Source: Ylistrum balloti
Lineage: Eukaryota
Direction: 5' to 3'
Assembly: GCF_031769215.1 (NCBI RefSeq)
Contig: NW_026781969.1
Location: 124,001-188,000 of the forward strand
Length of the DNA: 64,000 nucleotides
Every line of letters starts with the position of its first letter. The first letter of the stretch is position 1. The notes under the pieces are model-generated. The model had not been told where the DNA came from. It did no database searches and saw only the letters and a program-made list of their open reading frames with translations. This document shows positions 39,655 through 51,100 of the stretch, in pieces. The position numbers and the translations under genes are program-made.

Positions 39655-39900
39655 GTCTATTTCGGAACGGCATCTCGAATGACTTTCAACAAATCACGCG
39701 GATTATCCAAATAACTTTCGATAACAGATTTACGACATGACGACCTCCTCTTTTGGATTTGGCTATTGACTTTGTCTCTTTTGATCTTACATTTATCATG
39801 GTCACAAGCACGCTTAAGCTGATTTCTACATTTCATACCATCCAGAATAATTTCGTTCATACATTCAGGTTAGATGGGTTTCTTTCACACGTCTTCCAGT
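39655..39900 (-). mobile_element. LINE ORF2 endonuclease-RT linker relic
   Basis: MNEIILDGMKCRNQLKRA..KIKRDKVNSQIQKRR..IESYLDNPRDLLKVI resembles the PW.N.EI..RD.LK.KA..RNKV..K..Y..NP..LWK linker. Confidence 0.5.
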
Positions 39901-42019
39901 TTTGGGTCACTGTGGACTATGATGTAAAATAGCAAGCAAAATCTACATCATATTTAGAAATCCAACTTGATGTTCCAATACCATTGTGTAGATCTGAACC
40001 TTTGAGAGATTCGGGACACACGTCGTACAAATTGTCTACGGTCAGATACATTAAGACAAATCTATACTGATTTTTATAACACGGGCCGAGAATTAGGCAA
40101 CTAAGTTATAAAATGTAGGTTTGTTTTAAAACATAACTAGTCATTACGATTTCAGCTCTGTAAAGTGTGTGCGGTGTGCGATGTGTGATGTGCGGTTGTT
40201 AGCTCACCTTTTCATCAGCTATACATATGTTTACATATGAATCATTACTGGGTGCCTTCTGGAGAGATTGAGTGTCGTTGTCTCTAAACAGTCAATGTCG
40301 AGCAGATTAAAAACCAGTTGTCATTACAATCATTAGTATGATCAAGGTATTACGGGCTGCCTTCTGGAGAGATTGAGTGATTAAAACCGACTTGTCATTA
40401 AGCTGACACTTTTGTATTGTTTAGATTACATGTATTTAAAAACAAAACAAAAATAAAAATATATATATATACATATAAAGTTACAGTGTCCGTAATATGA
40501 TCATATTCAATATTAGCTATTTAGAGAATGTAACGCACGTTATTCCAAGAAAATACTTCTAAGAAATCCCGAAATCATGTCTTCTACTGATATCTCGCAG
40601 CTTAAATCGAGATTCATACCAATCAAACTAAAACATTCAAGCAATATAACTAGCCAGGAGTTGATAGTCGGTCTTAAAACAGTTATATTCACGGCTGCAG
40701 CAAACACTTCAGTGGTGCATTCCTGGTGTGTTGAGGTACATAGATACAATTACATATAGACACAACGCTGCATTATTATACGTAGTTCAGTTTTTACGAG
40801 CATTTACGTTTCGAAAATTTATCATCATTTGATATTATTTTTATTTGTGAGAAATTTATTCCAGTATTGTTTGGTCCTATAAAATAACGTGAATCGATGG
40901 TGAGAAATGACAAATTAAAGATATGAGTAGGTAGTTAGGCCTCGGCCATTCTTGTCACTGTCAACAACTATTGCGAAACTGCAAAACGAATTAACCGATC
41001 CTTTTCAGCGAAACGTGAATTAAGGTAAGCGTACTCGGTGTAAAAGACGATACGTTATGTAATGTTTACAGGCCACAGACTAGCACTTCTATAAACACGT
41101 GCTAACCAAAGCATAGCCAAATCGACTACATGATATTGTTATACATTTTGTACTTTTTTTCTGTACTCTTTATGCCATCTCTTCACACTATTTGCGACCT
41201 TAATTTAAACAGGCTTGTTGTACAGCCGAAAACAATGGTTGATCCCTTTCTTTCTGATACACTTAAAATACAACAGTGCAAGTACAGCGGACCTGCCTCG
41301 ATTAATAATATTCAAGTAAATTTTAAAAGTTTGATTGATCGATGATAAGTCATTCCTCGGATTTTATCCAAGGTGACAGTGAAATCATTCTGTATTATAT
41401 TATTTCAAAACCCAGTACAATAACAGTACATCAGACATTTTAATATTTTAACAACATAACCAAAACGGGCCATAAGTGATCGCAATTTGATACACAGTTG
41501 TTTCGTTATTACTGACGCGATTCTTTTGTTGAGAACTTGACATTACACTGAGTTAGAAATGATTTTATTCCTCATGGGTTGTCAGTTTGTGTTATGGATC
41601 TTTCTCTTGTTTATATTTTTCCTCATTTCAATTTTCCTGTTGATTAAGTCCATTATGAAATTACAAGGGTTACGTTTACTGGATATTTCATGTCTTAAAT
41701 GTTTTTCTTCAGGATTATCGATCAATCCTGATTTTACAAGCATTAAACACAAAGCAACCCCTGGTTAAGCATACATGACTACTGTGTTATCTAGCTACAA
41801 GACTTTTTTCGCCAATTTACAAATTGTCGAAAAAAATAATTTAACAGCAAAAATCAGTCTTATCATCATATAATATATTACATAAACATGTGTAAATAAA
41901 CAAAAGGAAACACGCAAGTTCTTATCTTTCTAAAGGTCAGAGGTCACCTACTCTTATCAAGCGATCAGACAAAGTGTATTATCTGTGCCGCCTAACTATA
42001 TATCATTGTCTATGTAATA

Positions 42020-42199
42020 ATGAAGGGGAACCTTGTGGCTACATTTCTGCTCGTTCATTTAGTCATTTTTGTGATTACTTCTTTGTTACTTTTGTACCGG
42101 ACTAAGAATCTCCACGAAGAGTACCAGTATGAAACATCACGTATGATGATTCTACAGGAAAAATGCGATTCAGATGTATCCGAAGAACAGATTGTTGCG
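42020..42199 (+). CDS. Gene C exon 1 (hydrophobic segment + stalk)
   Basis: MKGNLVATFLLVHLVIFVITSLLLLYRTKNLHEEYQYETSRMMILQEKCDSDVSEEQIVA; donor gcg|gtaggt, phase 0. Confidence 0.8.
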
Positions 42200-45100
42200 G
42201 TAGGTAAGAAACATGCATTTTAATATTACACGGAGTAAGTCATTAGGTATCGGTTTAATTTGTCGGAGGAAATGTCATTTAGCCACAGAAACGTTTGTCT
42301 ATTAAAAATCTATGTCTTTGTTATATCCTGGAATCTCTGTCCTTGTTATATCCTGTCTTTGTTATATCCTGAAATCTATGTCCTTGTTACATCCTGGAAT
42401 CTCTGTCCTTGTTATATCCTGTCCTTGTTATATCCTGGAATCTTTGTCCTTGTTACATCCTGGAATCTCTGTCCTTGTTATATCCTTAAATCCTATATCC
42501 TGGAATCTCTGTCCTTGTTATATCCTGTCCTTGTTATATCCTTAAATCTCTGTCCTTGTTATATCCTGGAATCTCTGTCCTTGTTATATCCTGTCCTTGT
42601 TATATCCTGGAATCTCTGTCCTTGTTATATCCTGTCCTTGTTATATCCTGGAATCTTTGTCCTTGTTACATCCTGGAATCTCTGTCCTTGTTATATCCTG
42701 GAATCTCTGTCCTTGTTATATCCTGTCCTTGTTATATCCTGGAATCTTTGTCCTTGTTACATCCTGGAATCTCTGTCCTTGTTATATCCTTAAATCTCTG
42801 TCCTTGTTATATCCTGTCCTTGTTATATCCTGGAATCTCTGTCCTTGTTATATCCTGTCCTTGTTATATCCTGGAATCTTTGTCCTTGTTACATCCTGGA
42901 ATCTCTGTCCTTGTTATATCCTTAAATCTCTGTCCTTGTTATATCCTGGAATCTCTGTCCTTGTTATATCCTGGAATCTCTGTCCTTGTTATATCCTGTC
43001 CTTGTTATATCCTTAAATCTCTGTCCTTGTTATATCCTGGAATCTCTGTCCTTGTTATATCCTGGAATCTCTGTCCTTGTTATATCCTGTCCTTGTTATA
43101 TCCTGGAATCTATGTAATTGTTATATCCTGGAATCTGTCCTTGTTATATCCTCAAATCTATGTCGTACAGTTTCATTATGTTTATCGAACTTTAAATGCA
43201 TCGCAACCAAAGAAATAAAAGGCTACAAAATTACTTTTTATGATTAATCAAGAGTGAGTCCCCGTGCCTTATTTTTTGCAATTTTCTCCCAACTAGTCAG
43301 TTTTTGCGTATTACTTACGGTCAAAGGTCAAAAGAATTCGTCCTTAAAATGTATCATACCTTGTGCCATCCTTCTAGATGTATACTGAATGTATGTAAAA
43401 TTTGTATATATATACAAGTAATTGGCTTGAAAAAAGACTGCATATCAGTTGAAGTAAGGGATATAGGCGCATGGTGAAATACTTAAAGGAATAAGATTGA
43501 AATTGACCCCATACAACACCACTGTCTTTAAGTCTTCCTTATGATACACTTGATTTTGTTGCTGAAATTAACGATTTTTACACTTTATAGACAGATATTG
43601 CTCGAAAATGTTTTTGGCTCATGAGTCTTGTTTCCATATTTGGATCTTTATAAAAAACGGCTCTTCTTAAATTGGGTCAGCCATAGGAGAGATTTCAGTA
43701 TACCGTGGTATGATGCTCCATCCGTTTTATTGACATCAGGAAGCTTATTGACGCAGTCGTTTACATATATCAGTCTGTTCCTATCGTTTTCTGTCTGTGA
43801 TTTATTTATCAAATTATTTTCTTCCTTAGGATGTGATAGACGTGTTCGAGGATTTTATCAGAAGTCGACCACATTACGCCGAGCATTTCCAAAATAGATT
43901 AAAGAGACAACTTTCAATGCATGGCATGGTTGAAGAAATACTTCAATTACAGGTAAGTCTTAAGTTATTCACCTACAGGATTCACCTATAGGTAAACCTT
44001 ACTTAACACACAGGAAAGTTTTGATTCACCAACAAGTCAGTCTAAATTCACTTTATTAGGAAAGTCTTAAGAAAATAAGTCAGTTGGAATCTTGCATTCG
44101 GTTTGATAAATTCAGCTTGTATCTTGGGATAATGAAATAAAGTCAGCTGATCAATTGGTATCTTGGATTTGAATGAAAATGGCAGTTGGTTTACAGTTTC
44201 TGAGAGATTCAGTCTGTTTGTCTGTTTGCTCCTTCTGGTACTCGTCAGTGATGCTACATCATTCAGCTTTTTCACCCTTTAGGACTCGTCAGTGATTCAA
44301 CATCATACATGTGTCTCCTCCTTCTAGGACTCGTCCGTAGACGAAAATACACGTGGTGTAGTTATTACGAAAATACAGTTGTGAACTTGTCAAAAACCTT
44401 AATGACTCCTAGAATTGATAGAGAGCACAACCAACACGAAGATAGCACAGAAACTACGACACGGTGATTTTGCGTTCTTCGTTGACATTATCGTTAACTG
44501 ACATTATTTTGAATATCGTGGAGATATAAACCTTACCTCGAATATTGTCTTCAAAGATGCAGGTTGAGTTTTACAGTCGTCAAAGTTGATCTCATTCTTT
44601 GTTTCATATCTTGCCCTAGTTACATTGAATTTGAGTTGTAATCATGTTCACGTGTTAGTCTTCTCGTAATGTTTTTGTATTAATTACACAATGCCAGCAA
44701 ACATTTTGGTATAGTTTACCCAGCTACATAAGTCATATATATTTGTTCTGCTTGATAAATGTATGTATAAACGTTTACAATAACGATAGGATAGCATATT
44801 TGTTTAATTAATTATTCAAGAAAAAAAAACCTAAAAGGACATTAGCCATTTTTCGTTTGTTCAATGGATGTATACAATTATACAGAAGCCAGTAAATGTC
44901 ACAGGTTAAAATCTTATATCGTACATGTAATAATGACTAGGTATTACGAGATATTAAGTCATTATAACGGCATGTTTCCCTGGCTTCCGTACCAATATGA
45001 CTGAAAAAAACTATAGCTTAATGAAAAATGTTTACATGTCACAGTTGATTTTATGTTAAAGGGCGTGTTCCCATCATCAAGATTTTCTTTCAATATGTCA

Positions 45101-48100
45101 TCTGACGTTCAAACTCCTAACACAAGGTTAAAAAACAGGGTGTTTAAAATCATGGTGAAGATTCTTACTTGAATTTACCATTTTAAATGACAGGTGCCGT
45201 CGATAAAGCAGAAGATGCCTACCCTTCCTGGTCTTATTTTCGTTGTACTTTTGTAGGAGTCTCCGTGTATCTTTTGTTCACATTTTGTCCTACTTTTGTT
45301 GAACTTGATTTTGTTTTCTAGTTATAGTGACATGTTGATATTGTCTTGTTTTTATTTTTTTAATGATAGCTACAAAAAGTCATTGAAGACGCCTAAAAGG
45401 TGTTTTAAAGGAGTTTGTATAAATCTTCTCTCTATCTGTTGCCAGGAGAAAGTTCTGGAGACTCACTGTCAAGGTAACAGTACTCTGTGTGTTAAGGGTA
45501 AGTAGGCCACACTTTCAGTATTGTGATTTAGGGATTTCTTAAATAAGATTTTTTCGCAGTAGCAGTGTGTATCATATCTTAACATTAATATTCCCACCAA
45601 AGCCATATATGTAAGGCAGTGGAAAATAATTGTTTAAAGGTATAAACAACAAATTTTATTCCTTCAGCGATTAAAGGTATATATTAATATATAAGTGTGG
45701 ATATCAACATCTCTTTGATTCCGCCAAATTGTTGAAGAGCTCTATGTTCAGCCTCTGAACATTAAGTGTTCCTCTTGTAGGAGGGCATGTATCAGCGATC
45801 TTACATTGCATGTACACAATTTCATCCAAATCTTATTTCTTTGTGACAATTGTTAGGAAAAACAACTAAAACTAATAAAGTGTTGTTCATTAACTTCTTT
45901 GCTACGATCAAAAACCTCAGTCGACAAAATTGTTTCGCTGAAAAAGCCATGAGATGAAATATCTCAAGTTAATTTGTTCATTTAAAATTCTCGAAGACCA
46001 AGAAAGTATTACATCGTACTTGAAAGAAAGAAATTACATCTCCTACAAGGTTATATTTACAAAGCTAACGAGAAACATTCCAGATGTAAATATTTATTGG
46101 GGAGATCAAAACACGATCACAATTACTTAATGAATTATATGTCGTTACTGAATAATTTATTGAATGCATGAGAAAATTCTATTGATGACATTTATCCAAG
46201 AGATCAGAATTACAGCTTAACATACGTATGATTTGAATATAATTACAACTTCCTTATGTAATGTTATGTAATGATTGTGTCGTTGATTCAACAACTTCTG
46301 TGAGAAAGGTTTGAAATAGCTTTAAATTGTGTCAGATCTTGTAAATATTCACTGCTGTTGTTTATTTATTTATTTTTTTGTTTGTTTGTTTTTTGTTTTG
46401 TTTTTGTTCACAGGACAAAAGGGCGTACAGGGTCCAAAGGGATTCTCAGGTGTGTTGATCATATTGTTACGTCACGTGACCTCCTACTGATTCTTTATTA
46501 TACACATTGAACTCTTCTTGCAAACAAACTCGTGGAAAATTGTACTTAATCCTTAAATAAAACAGATGATAGGTTGATAAAGTTACACTCGATCACTTTG
46601 TAGACAGTAACTTAAACTTAAACTGAATATANNNNNNNNNNNNNNNNNNNNNNNNNNNNNNNNNNNNNNNNNNNNNNNNNNNNNNNNNNNNNNNNNNNNN
46701 NNNNNNNNNNNNNNNNNNNNNNNNNNNNNNNNNNNNNNNNNNNNNNNNNNNNNNNNNNNNNNNNNNNNNNNNNNNNNNNNNNNNNNNNNNNNNNNNNNNN
46801 NNNNNNNNNNNNNNNNNNNNNNNNNNNNNNNNNNNNNNNNNNNNNNNNNNNNNNNNNNNNNNNNNNNNNNNNNNNNNNNNNNNNNNNNNNNNNNNNNNNN
46901 NNNNNNNNNNNNNNNNNNNNNNNNNNNNNNNNNNNNNNNNNNNNNNNNNNNNNNNNNNNNNNNNNNNNNNNNNNNNNNNNNNNNNNNNNNNAAGAATGAC
47001 TTAATATAGCTTTTTGATTGCCAGATAAAAACATGAAATTGAGATCAGGATTCAAATATTTTTCAAAGTTAGTGTCATTGAAATATTCAATATTGAAAAG
47101 GTTAAAAAAAACTATTGCGGATACTGCATTGACTGTAAAATGACCACGTGTATGTATTATTAAGGAATCACCGGGCCACGGGGAGATCTCGGTGACGTAG
47201 GACTTCAAGGTCAAAAGGGATATCAAGGGGACAAAGGAGAGCCTGGAACACCCGGACAGAACGGCGGAACAGGAAGTACCGGTATTGAAGGCATAGAGGG
47301 CGGCCCAGGTCTCCGAGGGCCGAAAGGCGAAACTGGTAATATAGGAGACGTAGGTGGTAAAGGAGACAGCGGACAAGTCGGACTGAAAGGGCAAAAGGGT
47401 GAAAAAGGTACCTCAGGGGTTGCTGGTGACAAAGGGACGACGGGACCAAAAGGGGCAAATGGCGCGGACGGAGATGTAGGTGAGTTCGATTAACGAAGTA
47501 ACAGATTTTTTCAGTTTCTAACATTGTTGTAGTGATTTTGGTTTATTTGTAAATATTTCTGTTTGTCTGACACCGTGTTATCTTACAATAATAAAAGATC
47601 GTAAATTCGATTTTAATTCAAAAATCTAATTCTACATAAAACAGGTCTTCATAAAAGGATAAAGGAATTATTTGCGCAGAGAGCAATGAAAAAAGGACTA
47701 CAATGATATGACCAGTTGTTCCGAAATGACATCTGCTTCTTTGACGACAACCGCCATGTTGGCAAAGTCTGTCTAAGTACTTAATATCAGACAAAGAGAA
47801 CTCTAGGTGCACTTATGGAGAAATACCAATTGTCTTCGATTAAAGAGAAACCGCTTTCCCTTCTGGAACATCCGGTCTTTCTCGTTTCAGAGATATCGGT
47901 TTCAATTTTCTGTTTACAAAATCATCAATCATGAATGATAAATGTGTCTGTTTTAATAGACTTTTTGTACTAAATATGTTTGAGGTGTTTGAAATCAAGT
48001 ACCCTCTGGATTTCATCACCTTCTCGACAAACCCTTTAAAGTAATTACAAAGAAAACCGACTGGAATATGCCGGAGACGTTCAAAAGAGGTAAACCAGGT

Positions 48101-51100
48101 GTTAAGTCTAGTATCGCAACGAGCTGTATGATATTTGTGAATTCTCCATTTCTGGGTAGTAACAACCCTGTTTCCCTAACTTATGGTGTCTGCATTTAGA
48201 TTCTTGACTTTTTTCAAATATCGTGCAAGATTTCGGCATCTGAGAGGAAAAATTACAACACGAGGTTTGGAGAGGTTCAGGTTGATAGGAAAGTTAAACA
48301 GTCGTCATATCTTATTGGGAAACATTCCTTTTCTTTGTGAGAGATGAAGGCGGGAGTCTCTGATGCTCGTTGGATTACCTGGTGGCACCATTGTTGTTTA
48401 CCTGGTTCTCATTTTGGAATGTGACATTACTTATTTTGTCTGACAAAGATGACGTCGATGAAGTAAAGGATACTGCTAACCTTTCCCTTTAACCTGGTCT
48501 TTATATCCTTTTCTGGAGTCTCTGTGTAAAATTTTCTTTTAATCTTGCTCTGTCATTCATCGAACTTGTGTTGGAATAAAGATTCTTTTGACATGTACTT
48601 TTAATATTTTTTCTTAATATTGTCCTTCTTTTTCAATAGGCATGCAAGGACCACAAGGCCAGAAAGGGGAGCCAGGACCAGCTGGAGTCTCCGGAGTGAT
48701 CACTGACAGTGATTGTATGTGTAAAGGTATGGGAAAGTAGGTCAACTTAACCTCTACCTATAACCGTAATTTTAGTCGATCGAGCTATCCTTCAGTTATT
48801 TTAGATCCTCCGAGCTATCCACTCGTTATTTCAGATCCTCCGAGCTATCCACTGGTTATTTCAGATCCTCCAAGCTATCCACTGGTTATTTCAGATCCTC
48901 CGGGCTATCCACCGGTTATTTCAGGTCCTCCAAGCTATCCACTGGTTATTTCAGATCCTCCGAGCTATCCACCGGTTGTTTCAGATCCTCCGAGCTATCC
49001 ACCGGTTGTTTCAGATCCTCCGAGCTATCCACCGGTTATTGCAGATCCTCCGAGCTATCCACCGGTTGTTTCAGATCCTCCGAGCTATCCACTGGTCATT
49101 TCAGATCCTCCGAGCTATCTACCGGTTATTTCAGATCCTAATACTACATCTGAGTCTTTTTATCTAATCCTTTTTAAACCTACAGTTGAAATAAGATGAC
49201 GTTGAACCATTCTGTACCAACAATTAATTTTAATTAATAATAAAAAAAACTTAACACGGCAATCTAAGTGATAATTATGTAATATAAAGAGCTGCCATCT
49301 ACCACGTGATGTGTTTATATTTCATTTATTCTGTTCTACAAAGACTTAGTAACAGAAATCTGGAGGATATCTGTTTTACCAATAGTAGTATCAGACCACA
49401 CTACTAGAAACCGGTGGAGGCTGACAACGTTGTCAGTGTAAGCTTTGCGATAAGGGAACACTGATAACGAAAATGATAAATGCCGATAAGGAATTTTAAC
49501 TCCATTTTACAAATGTAAAATCTCTTATAGGACCTTTAATGAGGAACTGACAGAATGATTGGAATATTTGTGTAAAAAAAACCTTATGGTCTATCTCTTA
49601 AAAACATAGTCATATAGAATGGCTTCCGTACGAGTTTGTCCTTGCCCGTTTCTGAACAGGCTATTAATGCATTATACTTCCCGATGTAACAAAAAAAATC
49701 ACCCTATCAAATCATAAAAATCGTCAATGTTGATCAAAACGAACGGGAATATCAAGCACTTCATGTACCTGTTACTTCAGTTTTAATTAAGCTCCTCGGA
49801 CCATTTTCATTTATTTTCCTTAAACGTAATGAAACGTTCCTACTAATCACAGACTATAGTTTGACATATAAGTTGTTTCGAAAATCTTCACCATGGAAAC
49901 ATGAATAAAAAAATATTTCTAAAAGTAGCCACCAGCACTAAATAATTCTCTGCCTTACAGTGAATGCTGTCACAACTACAAAAGCTCCTCTTGTAATGTC
50001 CGGCACAACACCTACCGTGTCCTCATCAGTTGCCGGGGTTGTCGACCACGTCCGAGTGTTGGACCCTGTTCAACTTAGATGTCTGACCACGCCAACACCA
50101 GACCAGACCATAACATGGGAGAAAATTGGTGTTCCAATGAGCTCTCGTTATGACGTAACGACGAACAGTAACATCCTGTCTATACCGGAAGTATATGCAT
50201 ACGACACCGGAAGATACCGTTGTACGGCGACATCTCCATCCGGAGCAACTGTTCAAGCAACAATTTCGCTGAAAGTTGACGGTAATTTTTCCAACTGGCA
50301 GTAAGAAACACTTTTGCATTGACTTGTTAGTTATAAAACAAAGACATGATATTTCTTGCCTCCAATCCTTCAAAAACTTATAAAATATCATAATATCTTT
50401 CGCAAGTAAGTCGAAATTTCACAGTTTGGGGTTTATGGTGCCGTCACAGCTTCTATTTTAGACATTTTTATCAGCACTCTTGTGGTTTCTTTGAAGGAGA
50501 TTTTGATCAAAGCTCCACATATTTGGCATCACCTTTATTGCCCACAAATCAAAGTGGAACCGCGAAGGAAGTTGAATCGTTTGTGGTATCTTCTTCACAT
50601 AACGAAATATAATTACATGTAGTATCCCTGGGGTATATGTTATTACTTTGTTCCCTTATCATTGTTAAGTTACGTAATGTTAAAGCCGTTAACTCGTCTT
50701 TGTTGTAGGGATCACACAGTACGATTGTAGTTTCGAAGTAGACACCTGCACGTGGAAACAAAGTGTTACGGATGACCTCGACTGGACACGATATGCTGGT
50801 CCTACGGAATCCGTATCAACTGGACCATTAACTGACCATACGATCGGTAGAGGTGTGTATATCGCAAATCATATAGCTTGAATATGTCATACAAGATCTG
50901 ACAAAAGAGGACGTACCCATCGTAGTAACAGCACAGACTGGGTTTTGTGTATTGAAGTCGTGAAACAGTACATGATAATGCTGTTTCCAAAATAATCCTG
51001 GGTTTGATTCTAAACCGATCAATGATGTCCATTTCATTTAAAAGAACACGGACAAATGTTTATAAAACACAACCAGATATATGACATTTGGATGAAGTTT

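Noticed and set aside
47165-47190. Suspected frameshift in the G-run at the start of the large collagen exon
   Set aside because: The exon is 315 nt, phase 1-1, and reads GITGPRGDLG; the opposite-strand ORF translations confirm four Gs.
46618-47524. Minus-strand Pro-rich ORFs (258, 118 and 69 aa)
   Set aside because: Antisense shadows of the collagen exon; one runs through the N gap.
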